Shown here in pieces: positions 6,921 through 16,752 of a DNA stretch of 64,000 nucleotides. A program made the position numbers and the translations under genes. The notes below the pieces were generated by a model that did not search any database, was not told where the DNA came from, and saw nothing but the letters and a program-made list of their open reading frames with translations. The DNA lies in contig DATGEQ010000089.1 of assembly GCA_035309945.1 (NCBI GenBank), positions 6,854 through 70,853 on the forward strand, given 5' to 3'. This DNA comes from Gemmatimonadales bacterium. Lineage in GTDB: Bacteria > Gemmatimonadota > Gemmatimonadetes > Gemmatimonadales > GWC2-71-9. Each line of letters starts with the position of its first letter. Position 1 is the stretch's first letter.

Positions 6921-9116
6921 ATGCGGTCTCCGTCGCGCTTCTCGGCGGCTTCCCTTGTCCGAATCGTCGTTGCACTCGCCGCGACCATCGCTTTCGGCGC
7001 GGGACTCGCCGCGTACGTCAACGGCCGTCTGCCGGCCGGAGAAAACCTGCCGCTTGCGGGCGCGTTGCTCGTACTCATTGCGGCCGTGACACGCCGCTAT
7101 GGTATCGCCCTTCCCGGAAACGGATTCTCCTCCTACGTGCTCGGCGCCATGCTGTACGCGATCCTCGACCGCGGCTGGGCGTTCGCTGCCATCGTCGCCC
7201 CATTCGCGATGCTCGTGGGAGACTTGCTGCTGCGGCGCCTGCCGCTGCGCGCGGCGCTCGGCAATGCCGCCCATCTCACCGCTGGATCGGCGTTCGTGGG
7301 GCTGATGTACTTGCGACTGGGCGGCGCGACCAGCGGCGCGTCATTGTCCGCCGACAACGCCTGGGTCGTCGCGCTCACGCTGGTCCTGCTGCCGATGATC
7401 GTGAACGGCACCTTTTATCTGGAGCTCGCGCTCGGCCAAACGATCGCCTGGGTGGACGCGCGGCTCACGCTGCGGTGGGAGTCGATCGTCTATCTCGTTT
7501 CCGCGACGCTGGCGCTCGGGTGGCTGGCCGTCGTGCATGCCGTCCTTCCGCCGCCAACACGCGCTTTGCTCATCACCGCGCTCGTGATCGCGACGACCGG
7601 CAGTCTGCACGTCTTGAGGCTCGGCGTGCACGCCGACGAGCTGCGTCTGATTCAGCGACTCGCCCAGGCGATCGCCGCCGAGCTGACCCTGACCCAGAGC
7701 TTTCAACGCGTGCAGGAGCTCACGCGGCAGCTCGTGCATTGGGAGCACATGGGATTCGCGCGCTACGATGCGCGAACTCGGCAGATGGAGCTTGTCGCCG
7801 ATACCGCCGCGCAACCTGGGATGACATTCCGATTCGACGCCGAAGCCGGCCTGACCGGCGAAGCGCTGCGGCTGCGGCGTCCCGTCGTGGCGCACGGTCT
7901 CGCCAGAGACCAGGTGGTCGTACCCGGGGGTGAAACGCCGGGCTCGGAGATGCTGGTGCCGCTGTATCACGCCGGTCAGCTCGTGGGACTCTGGAGCGTC
8001 CGCCACTCGGATCCCGCGATGTACCGCCAATCGGACGGCGATTTGCTCGAGCTGCTCGCGCCGCAGCTGGCTCTGATGGTGGCGATCGACGGCTCGCTGC
8101 GGCCAGTCACGGGCGCATCCGATCAGACGACGCAATACATCCAGACGCTCACCGCCACGACCGAAGAAATTCATGCGTCGAGCGAAGAGGTTGCCGCCTC
8201 CGCGCAGCGCGCCAGTCACGGCGCGGGACAAGCGACGACGCTCGTGAGCACGGCGGCGCGGGAGGCGGGCCAGCTAAAGGAAAGCGCCGCCGAGCTCGCC
8301 GCGGCCGGCGACCGGACCCGCGATGCCGGATCGCGAATGGAGAAAACCGCCGACCGCGTGCGGTCCGGAACGCAGGGCGCCGTGCGCCAGCTGAAGGACC
8401 TGGGCGCGACCACCGAGGAGAGCGCCGCCGAGGTTGGCCGGTTGCGCGAAGTCGCAACGCAGGTCGAGAAGTTCTCGGAGACGATTGGGTTCGTGGCGAA
8501 TCAGACGAATCTGCTTGCGCTCAACGCGACGATCGAAGCGGCGCGCGCGGGGGTGCACGGCCGTGGGTTCGCCGTCGTCGCGGACGAGGTGCACAAGCTG
8601 GCGGAAGCGAGCGGTCGCGAAGCACGGAACGTCGGCAAGGCGGTGCAGGACACTCGCCGGGCGTTGGATCGCGCGGCCCAGCTCATCGAGCGCATTCGCG
8701 GCGATCTTGGGGGGGTTGTGGAGAGCTCGGCCGCGTGGCTACAGGATCTCGACCGCATCGCGGAAGCCTCGGCCGAGACCGCCCGGGCCGGCAAACAGGT
8801 CGCCGAGGTGGCGCGACACAGCGCGGAGCTCGCGACGCGAATCACCGATTCGCTGAGCCAGGCGCGTACCGCGGCGCAAACGTCGAGCCAGGAAGCCCAA
8901 ACGGTCGCCGCGGCGGCCGCCGAGCAGTTGCGAGCGATTCAGGACCTGGCACGAGGTGCCACCCAGCTTTCCGCTCTCGCCGAGCAGCTCGCGCAGGCGT
9001 TGCGCTTCATTCGCGGTGGCAACGGCCATCCGGCAACGTCACGTTCCACACTTCCTAACCCCCCTGTGACCACCGCCCCCCGCCCCCGACGCCCGCCCGC
9101 GAGACCGGTTGAGTAG
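6921..9116 (+). CDS. Methyl-accepting chemotaxis protein with polytopic membrane N-domain and GAF domain
   Basis: 731 aa. The first ~230 aa form about 6-7 hydrophobic helices. A GAF-like segment follows ([23 protein letters not shown]...[16 protein letters not shown]). Then comes the MCP signalling hairpin [39 protein letters not shown]. Confidence 0.85.
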   Translation: MRSPSRFSAASLVRIVVALAATIAFGAGLAAYVNGRLPAGENLPLAGALLVLIAAVTRRYGIALPGNGFSSYVLGAMLYAILDRGWAFAAIVAPFAMLVGDLLLRRLPLRAALGNAAHLTAGSAFVGLMYLRLGGATSGASLSADNAWVVALTLVLLPMIVNGTFYLELALGQTIAWVDARLTLRWESIVYLVSATLALGWLAVVHAVLPPPTRALLITALVIATTGSLHVLRLGVHADELRLIQRLAQAIAAELTLTQSFQRVQELTRQLVHWEHMGFARYDARTRQMELVADTAAQPGMTFRFDAEAGLTGEALRLRRPVVAHGLARDQVVVPGGETPGSEMLVPLYHAGQLVGLWSVRHSDPAMYRQSDGDLLELLAPQLALMVAIDGSLRPVTGASDQTTQYIQTLTATTEEIHASSEEVAASAQRASHGAGQATTLVSTAAREAGQLKESAAELAAAGDRTRDAGSRMEKTADRVRSGTQGAVRQLKDLGATTEESAAEVGRLREVATQVEKFSETIGFVANQTNLLALNATIEAARAGVHGRGFAVVADEVHKLAEASGREARNVGKAVQDTRRALDRAAQLIERIRGDLGGVVESSAAWLQDLDRIAEASAETARAGKQVAEVARHSAELATRITDSLSQARTAAQTSSQEAQTVAAAAAEQLRAIQDLARGATQLSALAEQLAQALRFIRGGNGHPATSRSTLPNPPVTTAPRPRRPPARPVE

Positions 9117-9189
9117 TGACGGGGGCTACGGGGGTTTCTCGAGGAGAGGCTGATTATTAAAGTGGAGTGCCGCCAACCTTGGGAGCGAC

Positions 9190-10635
9190 ATGTACGCGCG
9201 GACGATACCCCTGGTCGTGTGCCTCAGCGCCCTACCTGCCTTGAGCGCCGCTCAACACACGCACCAGTTCGAGATCGGCGCGTTTGGGTCATTCACACGT
9301 TACGATCGCGCCTTCCGGCTCGACAATCAGATCGGCGGCGGCGGTCGGCTCGGCTATTTCTTCAGCCCGGCGATCGGCGTAGAGCTCGAGCTCGGATATC
9401 AACAGCCCACGCCGCTCGCGGGTGGCGGGAATGCGGCGGTGTCTCTGGGGAGCGCAAGCCTCGTCCTCAACATGGGCAAAGAGCACAACCTCTTCTATAT
9501 CCTGGGCGGCTACACCCGGCTCCAGTTCGGCGACAACGTCAGCTACAGCTTCACCGATAACGGCTTCCATGGCGGGATCGGCGACCGGATGTTCTTCGGC
9601 GAGCGCGTGGCATTGCGCGTCGAAGGTCGCGCCATCTACTCGCCAAGCACCTCGTTCCCCGGCGGCAGTTGGGCGGGGCATATCGTCGGATCGGCAGGGC
9701 TTTCAATCTTCACCGGGCCGAGCGCGTTCAAAGACACCGACCAGGACGGCGTCCCCGATCGTCAGGATGCCTGTCCCGGCACTCCGGCCGGCGCGATCGT
9801 TGACAGTCGCGGATGTCCACGCGACTCGGACCGCGACGGCGTCTATGACGGCCTCGATGCGTGCCCCAATACGCCTGAACACGTGGAGGTCGACGCCCGC
9901 GGCTGCCCCAAGGACTCCGACGGCGACGGCGTCTATGACGGCATCGACAAGTGCCCCGGCACGCCAACCGGAGTGCGCGTTGATGCAACGGGATGTCCCA
10001 TCGATTCGGACGGCGACGGCGTCCCCGACGGGATCGACAAGTGCCCCAACACCCCGCAGGGCGCTACCGTCGATACCACCGGCTGCCCCATCGACAGCGA
10101 TCATGACGGCGTACCGGACGGGCTCGACAAGTGCCCCAACACCCCAGCTGGCGTTGAAGTCGACTCGTCAGGTTGCCAGCGCATAAAAGACAGCGATGGC
10201 GACGGCGTCGATGACAGCAAGGACAAATGCCCGGGCACGGCGCCGGGCACCAAGGTCGATGCGGCCGGCTGTCCGATTCTCTTCACCGAAACCCGGGCGC
10301 CGGTCGTGCTGCGCGGCGTGACGTTCGAGACCGGCCGCTCGACGCTGAAACCGGACTCCTACACGATTCTCGATATCGTCGCGGGATCGCTGGTTGCGAA
10401 CCCTGACATCAAGATCGAGATCGGCGGTCACACCGATGCCACCGGATCGCCGGCAACCAACACGCGCTTGTCGCAGGCGCGCGCCGAGGCCGTCCGCGCC
10501 TATCTGGCGAGCAAAGGCGTAGCACCGGAGCGGATGGTCGCGAAGGGCTACGGTCCGACACAGCCGGTTGCGCCCAACACGACGGCAGCTGGCCGCGCGC
10601 AGAATCGACGCGTCGAGCTGCGCCAGACCAACTGA
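9190..10635 (+). CDS. OmpA-family outer-membrane protein with 6 thrombospondin type-3 (Ca-binding) repeats
   Basis: Signal peptide, then an N-terminal beta-barrel-like region, then 6 copies of DxDxDGVxDxxDxCPxTP. The C-terminal OmpA domain reads GHTDATGSPATNTRLSQARAEAVRAYL...NRRVEL. Confidence 0.9.
   Translation: MYARTIPLVVCLSALPALSAAQHTHQFEIGAFGSFTRYDRAFRLDNQIGGGGRLGYFFSPAIGVELELGYQQPTPLAGGGNAAVSLGSASLVLNMGKEHNLFYILGGYTRLQFGDNVSYSFTDNGFHGGIGDRMFFGERVALRVEGRAIYSPSTSFPGGSWAGHIVGSAGLSIFTGPSAFKDTDQDGVPDRQDACPGTPAGAIVDSRGCPRDSDRDGVYDGLDACPNTPEHVEVDARGCPKDSDGDGVYDGIDKCPGTPTGVRVDATGCPIDSDGDGVPDGIDKCPNTPQGATVDTTGCPIDSDHDGVPDGLDKCPNTPAGVEVDSSGCQRIKDSDGDGVDDSKDKCPGTAPGTKVDAAGCPILFTETRAPVVLRGVTFETGRSTLKPDSYTILDIVAGSLVANPDIKIEIGGHTDATGSPATNTRLSQARAEAVRAYLASKGVAPERMVAKGYGPTQPVAPNTTAAGRAQNRRVELRQTN
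9733..10275 (+). repeat. Six tandem ~90-nt coding repeats (TSP3-like)
   Basis: Repeated DSDGDGVPDGIDKCPNTPxGxxVDxxGCP units read in the translation. Confidence 0.85.
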
Positions 10636-10649
10636 GGCGGAGGCTTACC

Positions 10650-12269
10650 GTGAGAACGCTTGCGTCGGCGCTGTTGATGATGGCTGCAACCAGCAGCCTC
10701 TCGGCTCAGTACCAGCGCCGCTATGAGGTCGGCGTGTTCGGCTCATTTACCAAATACGACCAGAACTTCAATCTCGCCAACAAACCCGGCGGCGGCGTGC
10801 GGTTCGCGTATGCCGTCACGCCGATGATCGGGCTGGAGGTCGAGGCGCTGTTTCAGTCACCGCAGGACGTCGGCACCGCGCACATCGAGCCGATGATCGG
10901 CGCCGGCAGCCTCGTCATCAACGCGCTCAACGCCAGCCGCATGACCGTCTATCTGCTCGGCGGCTATTCGCGGCTCGATTTCGGCGGCAGCAGTCCGTAT
11001 CGGTTCACCGACGGCGGCTTCCACAGCGGCGCCGGCGTCAAGTTGTACATGAGCTCGCGCGTCGCGCTGCGCTTCGAAGCGCGGGGGATCTACACGCCCA
11101 ACACGACGAGCGCTTTCCCCGGCGCACCAAAGAACATGACCCACCTGGTCGCATCCGCCGGCTTCTCGTTCTTCCAGTCAGACACACGCACGAAAGGACC
11201 CGCGGGCGCACTCGACAGTGATCGCGACGGTGTCCCCGACAAGGACGATGCTTGCCCCAATACACCGCTGGGCGCCACCGTCGACAGCCGCGGTTGCCCG
11301 CACGATTCCGATGGCGACGGCGTCCTCGACGGCATCGATCAATGCCCCAATACGCCCGCCGGGACGAAGGTCGATGACAAGGGCTGTCCGCTCGCGGCGC
11401 CCACCGCTGTACCGGTGCTCGATTCCGACGGCGACGGCGTGCCGGACACGATCGACAAATGTCCGAATACGCCCGCGGGCGCGAAGGTCGACGCGGACGG
11501 CTGCCCGATCGATTCCGATCATGACGGCGTGTGGGACGGCATCGACAAGTGCCCCGACACCCCCGTCGGCGCGACCGTTGATGCGACCGGCTGCCCGCAC
11601 GACACCGACGGGGACGGTGTGTTGGACGGCATCGACAAGTGCCCGAACACGGCGCCGGGCACACCCGTCGACGCGACGGGTTGCCCGCTGGACAGCGACA
11701 AGGACGGTGTGCCCGACAATCTCGACAAGTGCCCGAACACGCCGGCCGGCGTTCAAGTGGACGCCAACGGTTGCCCCATCGAGCACGACACGGACGGCGA
11801 TGGCGTGCCCGATTCGCGCGATCGTTGCCCGAATACGCCGCCCGGATCGAAGGTCGATCAGTACGGCTGCATACTGCTGTTCGAGGAGCACGCGGTTGCT
11901 CCGGCGGCGCCTGGCGCGCCGCCCGCGCGTCCCACGCTCATTCTCCAGGGCGTAAACTTCCAGAGCGGACGCTCGGTGTTGACGACGTCGTCGTATGCAG
12001 TGCTGGATCAGGTCGCAGGATCGCTTGTTGCCAATCCGGAGATCCGCATCGAAATCGCCGGATACACCGACTCGACGGGGCGGAGGTATCTCAATCTGCG
12101 GCTGTCGATGGCGCGGGCCGCAGCGGTGCGTGCGTACCTCGCGCGGAAAGGTGTGAGCCCGATGCGAATGCAGGCGCGCGGTTACGGCGCCTCAGGCTAC
12201 ATCGCGCCGAACTCGACGGCCGATGGTCGCGCGAAAAACAGACGGGTAGAGCTGCACAAGTTGAATTAG
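10650..12269 (+). CDS. OmpA-family outer-membrane protein with 7 thrombospondin type-3 repeats (tandem paralogue)
   Basis: Same architecture as the upstream gene. GTG start 14 nt after the previous stop. The C-terminal OmpA domain reads GYTDSTGRRYLNLRLSMARAAAVRAYL...NRRVEL. Confidence 0.9.
   Translation: MRTLASALLMMAATSSLSAQYQRRYEVGVFGSFTKYDQNFNLANKPGGGVRFAYAVTPMIGLEVEALFQSPQDVGTAHIEPMIGAGSLVINALNASRMTVYLLGGYSRLDFGGSSPYRFTDGGFHSGAGVKLYMSSRVALRFEARGIYTPNTTSAFPGAPKNMTHLVASAGFSFFQSDTRTKGPAGALDSDRDGVPDKDDACPNTPLGATVDSRGCPHDSDGDGVLDGIDQCPNTPAGTKVDDKGCPLAAPTAVPVLDSDGDGVPDTIDKCPNTPAGAKVDADGCPIDSDHDGVWDGIDKCPDTPVGATVDATGCPHDTDGDGVLDGIDKCPNTAPGTPVDATGCPLDSDKDGVPDNLDKCPNTPAGVQVDANGCPIEHDTDGDGVPDSRDRCPNTPPGSKVDQYGCILLFEEHAVAPAAPGAPPARPTLILQGVNFQSGRSVLTTSSYAVLDQVAGSLVANPEIRIEIAGYTDSTGRRYLNLRLSMARAAAVRAYLARKGVSPMRMQARGYGASGYIAPNSTADGRAKNRRVELHKLN
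11214..11870 (+). repeat. Seven tandem ~90-nt coding repeats (TSP3-like)
   Basis: Repeated DSDxDGVxDxxDKCPNTP units read in the translation. Confidence 0.85.
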
Positions 12270-12314
12270 CGGAAGCTCAGAACGGACGCTGCAGACGCAG
12301 TGGTCGATGGTTTT

Positions 12315-12355
12315 GGGGCTGGGTCGAGCAAATCGACCTGGCCCCTTGTATTTTC
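12315..12355 (+). terminator. Rho-independent terminator after the OmpA pair
   Basis: GGGGCTGGGTCGA-GCAAA-TCGACCTGGCCCC forms a 13-bp stem including 2 G-U pairs, followed by TTGTATTTTCT. Confidence 0.8.
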
Positions 12356-12408
12356 TGCTCGCCCGGTCCACGCGAGTCGCGCATGTGTTTCACCCTGAGT
12401 CGACGTTG

Positions 12409-14769
12409 ATGTCCCGGCAAATCCTGTTGCTCGCGCTGGCGACGAGTTTGCTCGGCGGCACTCCACGATCACTGTCCGCGCAGCGTCGCCGCACACGCCC
12501 GTCCGCTGCGGCCAAGGCTGCGGCGGCCCGCAGCGTCGTCATTCCCACGCCGCGCTCGATGCTGGGGTTCGACCCCGGGGACGATCGCAAGCTCGTGGAA
12601 TGGCCCGTCCTGGTGCGCTATTTCGAGGCCCTCGCCAAGGCCAGCGATCGCATCGATTACCGCGAGCTCGGCAAGACAACGCTCGGCGCACCGTTCATCG
12701 CGCTCGTGATCTCGAGCCCGGAAAACCTGCGGCGGCTGGACTACTACCGGCAGCTGAACGCCGATCTCGCCGATCCCCGCGTATTCCGCACCAGCCGCGC
12801 CGCCCGCGACGCGCTACGGAACGGCAAGACGATCGTGCTGATCACGTCGAGCATCCACTCCGACGAAGTCGGCGGCCATCTGTCACCCGTAGCGCTGGCG
12901 TATCGTCTGGCGACCGACACGAGCGCTACCACGCGGGCGATTCTCGACAACGTGATTCTGTGGCTCGTGCCGTCGGTCAATCCCGACGGCGTCAGCATCG
13001 TCGCCCGATGGTACAATCACACGCTCGGGACGAGCGCTGAAGGCAGCGACCCGCCCGAGCTGTATCACCACTATACGGGCCACGACAACAACCGCGACTG
13101 GTACGCATTCACGCAGGTCGAAACGCAGCTGGTCGTCGATTCGCTGTACAACGTCTGGCATCCGCAGATCGTGCACGACATTCACCAGATGGACCCGAGC
13201 GGCGCGCGGTTGTTTTTGCCGCCATACCTGGATCCCATCGAGCCTAACGTCGATCCGCTGCTGATCGACGGCGACAACGCCCTCGGCACCGCGATGGCGT
13301 GGGAACTTGCGGGACAGGGGAAGACGGGCATCTCGATCAACTCCACGTATGATGCCTGGACGCCAGCGCGCGCGTATCAGCACTACCACGGCGCCGTCCG
13401 CATACTTTCGGAGACCGCGAGCGCCGATCTCGCCACGCCCGTGGAAATCCCCTTCGATCGGCTGGAGGCGCGCGAGCGCGGCTACAATCCGCGCGAGCGC
13501 TCCTGGAATTTCACCAATCCCTGGCGCGGTGGTCGTTGGGCCCTCCGCGACATCGTCTCCTATCAGACCGACGGTGCATACGCGCTGCTGGCGCACGCAG
13601 CGCGTGAACGCGAGCGCTGGCTTGCCAACTTCTTCCAGGTCGAGACACATGCGATCCACGGCTGGCGCGAGTGGCCCTACGCCTATGTGCTTCCCGCCCG
13701 CCAGGACTCCGTGGCGTTGAGCGCGCTGCTCGGCATCTTGCGGCGTGGCAACGTCGAAATCCGGAGCGCGCTGCAGTCATTCAGCGCGGGAGGGCAACGC
13801 CACCCCGCTGGCACGTATGTTGTCGTGCTGCGGCAGCCGTACGCCTCATTCGCGAAGACGTTGCTGGAACCACAGCGCTATCCCGACCGCCGGCTTTATC
13901 CCGGCGGCCCGCCGGAGAGGCCGTACGACGTCACGGCACACACGCTGCCGCTGCTGATGGGCATCAGCGCGACCGCGGTGAACGACTCGATCCGCGTTCC
14001 ACTGTCGGCGCCAATCACACCGCGAAATGTGAGCCCCCCGCCGATTGCGCCGCTGCTCGACTCCGTTCGCATCGGTGTCTACAAGTCGTACCGCGCCACG
14101 ATCGACGAGGGGTGGACGCGTTGGGTATTCGACAAATGGAAGGTGCCGTACACCTCGCTGGTCGACTCGGTCGTGCGCGCGGGAAGACTGCGCGATCGGT
14201 TCGACGTCATCATTCTGCCCGACCAGCCGCCCAACGAAATCCTCGACGGGCTTTCCTCGCGCTACCCCGCGCCGTACGCCGGTGGACTCGGCCCGGACGG
14301 CAGCGATGCGCTGCGGCAGTTCGTGGTCGATGGCGGAACATTGATCGCACTGAACGAAGCGAGCCGCTTCGCGATCCAGGCGTTGTTGCTGCCGGTGCGC
14401 AACGTCCTCGAAGCCGTGAGTGACGAAGATTTCTACGCGCCCGGTTCGATCTTTCGACTCGAGCTCGACACCACGAACGCCATCGCCCGCGGCTTGCCGC
14501 GGGAGACCATCGGGTGGTTTCAGGAAGGCCCTGCGTTCGAGGTGCTCGATTCGAGCGTGACGCGCGTCGTGGGTCGCTGGCCGGACGATCCCGATCGCCT
14601 GCTGCTTTCGGGATGGGTGCTGCATCCTGATCGCATAGCAGGCAAGGCGGCGATCCTGGAAGTGCAGCAAGGTGCAGGTCGGGTGATCCTGTTCGGAATG
14701 AGACCACAGTATCGCGGGCAGAGCTTGGCGACTTATCCCTTGTTGTTCAACAGCTTGCGGCGCAAATGA
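12409..14769 (+). CDS. M14-family zinc carboxypeptidase-like protein, secreted
   Basis: Start ATG 12409 gives the signal peptide MSRQILLLALATSLLGGTPRSLSAQ. It has the HxxE zinc motif SSIHSDEVGG and a long C-terminal domain. Confidence 0.75.
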   Translation: MSRQILLLALATSLLGGTPRSLSAQRRRTRPSAAAKAAAARSVVIPTPRSMLGFDPGDDRKLVEWPVLVRYFEALAKASDRIDYRELGKTTLGAPFIALVISSPENLRRLDYYRQLNADLADPRVFRTSRAARDALRNGKTIVLITSSIHSDEVGGHLSPVALAYRLATDTSATTRAILDNVILWLVPSVNPDGVSIVARWYNHTLGTSAEGSDPPELYHHYTGHDNNRDWYAFTQVETQLVVDSLYNVWHPQIVHDIHQMDPSGARLFLPPYLDPIEPNVDPLLIDGDNALGTAMAWELAGQGKTGISINSTYDAWTPARAYQHYHGAVRILSETASADLATPVEIPFDRLEARERGYNPRERSWNFTNPWRGGRWALRDIVSYQTDGAYALLAHAARERERWLANFFQVETHAIHGWREWPYAYVLPARQDSVALSALLGILRRGNVEIRSALQSFSAGGQRHPAGTYVVVLRQPYASFAKTLLEPQRYPDRRLYPGGPPERPYDVTAHTLPLLMGISATAVNDSIRVPLSAPITPRNVSPPPIAPLLDSVRIGVYKSYRATIDEGWTRWVFDKWKVPYTSLVDSVVRAGRLRDRFDVIILPDQPPNEILDGLSSRYPAPYAGGLGPDGSDALRQFVVDGGTLIALNEASRFAIQALLLPVRNVLEAVSDEDFYAPGSIFRLELDTTNAIARGLPRETIGWFQEGPAFEVLDSSVTRVVGRWPDDPDRLLLSGWVLHPDRIAGKAAILEVQQGAGRVILFGMRPQYRGQSLATYPLLFNSLRRK

Positions 14770-14805
14770 GGAGCGAGTCCTTGCCCGCGTAGGGGTCAAT
14801 TTCCT

Positions 14806-16008
14806 ATGTTGGTGGCCCCTATGAGGTTGGCTCGGCAGGCGATCGTTCTCTTGCTCTGGGCCGCGACGTTTGGTCGCGGCCTTTTTGCCCAACAATTGCC
14901 GACGTCGCCGGACAAGTTGCAGCTCCGCGGCGCGGAGCTGCGTTACGTCTTGCCGGAGCCGCTGTTCGCCAACGACCAGAGCACGGAGCCGATCAAGGCG
15001 ATCTACGTGAACGCGTGGGCGTTCGGCTCGCCGAAGCTCGCGCAGCTCGTTCGCCTCGCCGACTCGACCGAAATCAACGCCTTCGTCGTCGACATCAAGG
15101 ACGACACCGGCTGTCTGCTGTATCCCTCTGAGGTGAAGGTCGCGCAAGAGATCGGCGCGACGAAATGCGTCCGTACCAAGGACGTGCGTTCGCGACTCGA
15201 CACGTTGCGCGCGCACGACATCTACGCGATCGCACGCATCGTCGTCGCCAAGGATCCGCTCCTCGCCGAGCGCCGCCCCCAGTGGTCGGTGAAGAATCGC
15301 GTCGATGGCGGCTTGTGGCGCGACCGCATCGGCATCGCGTGGGTGGATGCATACAACGACTCCGTGTGGATCTACGCGGCGCAGCTCGCCGAAGAAGCCG
15401 TAAAGCTCGGATTCAACGAAGTGCAGTTCGACTACGTGCGCTTCCCGGACGAGCCGAAGGAGGCGCTCGCCGAAGCGATCTTCGCCGCGCGCAAGCCCGG
15501 TGAGTCCGAACGCCAAGGTGTGCAGAACGGCATCGGGATCCTCGCGCACCGCATCCAGCCGCTCGGTGTGCCGGTCACGTTCGATATCTTCGGCCTGACG
15601 TCTTCGGCGACCGGCGACCTTGGCATCGGACAGGTGTGGGAAGATTTCGTCAGCGTCGCGGACGTCGTACTCCCGATGGTTTATCCCAGTCACTACTATC
15701 GCGGCAGCTACGGCATCGCATGGCCCAACGGCGAACCGTATCGGATCGTACGAGACGCGCTGAGCGAGGCGATCGAGCGCTCGCGCCCGCTCGCCAAGGC
15801 GGCCGCGATCCGTCCCTACCTGCAGGCGTTCACGCTCGGACGCCGCAAGCCGCGCTATACACCGCACGAAATCCGCGAGCAGATTCGCGCGGCCGAAGAG
15901 TTGGGCATCGACACCTGGGTGCTATGGAATCCGCGCAGCGTGTATCAGCGTGATTCGCTGCGGCCGTATCGGGACGGAGGTACCACGGCTTCCGCCGGCA
16001 CGCAGTAG
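14806..16008 (+). CDS. Putative TIM-barrel glycoside hydrolase (DUF4015/GHL-like), secreted
   Basis: 400 aa with a signal peptide. IKAIYVNAWAFGSPKLAQLVRLADSTEINAFVVDIKDDTGCLLYPS and FNEVQFDYVRFPDEP resemble the putative glycosyl-hydrolase domain family. Confidence 0.55.
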   Translation: MLVAPMRLARQAIVLLLWAATFGRGLFAQQLPTSPDKLQLRGAELRYVLPEPLFANDQSTEPIKAIYVNAWAFGSPKLAQLVRLADSTEINAFVVDIKDDTGCLLYPSEVKVAQEIGATKCVRTKDVRSRLDTLRAHDIYAIARIVVAKDPLLAERRPQWSVKNRVDGGLWRDRIGIAWVDAYNDSVWIYAAQLAEEAVKLGFNEVQFDYVRFPDEPKEALAEAIFAARKPGESERQGVQNGIGILAHRIQPLGVPVTFDIFGLTSSATGDLGIGQVWEDFVSVADVVLPMVYPSHYYRGSYGIAWPNGEPYRIVRDALSEAIERSRPLAKAAAIRPYLQAFTLGRRKPRYTPHEIREQIRAAEELGIDTWVLWNPRSVYQRDSLRPYRDGGTTASAGTQ

Positions 16009-16023
16009 CACCATATTCACGTC

Positions 16024-16752
16024 ATGAAAAAGTGGCTCCTTCCGCTGGCGCTCTTTGGAGCGCTCGCTCAAGTCGCGTGCTCTTCCGACGCGGGCGGCGT
16101 CGATCCCGACGCCATCCCGGCGGCCCAGAAGCATGCGCTCTGGGTCGCACTCGATTCCGCATTTCGGCACGACACGACCCTCGATCCGGCGTTCACCGGC
16201 GACTCGGGACTTTATGCGCTGATGTCCACGCTGGTCATTCCGTTCATCGATCGCGCTTCGCGAATCTCCACGGGAGGCGTCGACACGACGCGCGTGGTCG
16301 GCGTCGAGTTCGACATCAACGCTTCGCGAAACGGCGTTCAGGTCGTGAGCAACTTGACGGCGGTAATCGCGTGGAAAGGATATGACTCCACCACGCAGAC
16401 GATGGATACGGTGTTCTTCCTCCTCGGCGCCGGCCGGGCGCCCGTGAGCGACACGCTGTGGCGGCCGTTTACACTCGATTCGGCCGGAACGGGAACCGGC
16501 TTCGTCATTCATCAGGCTACGGATGCCGTCGTAACGAAATGGCTGTCGCGGGGTGGGCATTTGCGGACGACGGCGAGCCAGTACGGCGCGCCTCAGGGCG
16601 GCACGTCGTTCAGCGTCGCGCGCGGTACGTTGAGCGGCCAGTTGACCATCGACGCAAAACTGGTTCCGGATTCCAGTACGACGGTGATGTCGGCGTTGGA
16701 CTTCGGCAGCGGGGCTCGCGCCATCAAGGTCACGATCCGCGGCAGCTTATGA
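16024..16752 (+). CDS. Lipoprotein of unknown function
   Basis: MKKWLLPLALFGALAQVACSS has a lipobox. I recognised no domain. Confidence 0.65.
   Translation: MKKWLLPLALFGALAQVACSSDAGGVDPDAIPAAQKHALWVALDSAFRHDTTLDPAFTGDSGLYALMSTLVIPFIDRASRISTGGVDTTRVVGVEFDINASRNGVQVVSNLTAVIAWKGYDSTTQTMDTVFFLLGAGRAPVSDTLWRPFTLDSAGTGTGFVIHQATDAVVTKWLSRGGHLRTTASQYGAPQGGTSFSVARGTLSGQLTIDAKLVPDSSTTVMSALDFGSGARAIKVTIRGSL

Noticed and set aside
6771-7274. Minus-strand track ORFs (6771..7274 and 6833..7078) upstream of pfk
   Set aside because: The long upstream extensions are antisense to the chemoreceptor gene. Only the last 10 codons of the 6833..7078 ORF are real, and they form the N-terminus of the selenoprotein that continues through the TGA.
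13846-15867. 673-aa minus-strand ORF
   Set aside because: It is antisense to the M14 peptidase and the putative glycoside hydrolase genes. It is Arg-rich and low-complexity, with no motifs.
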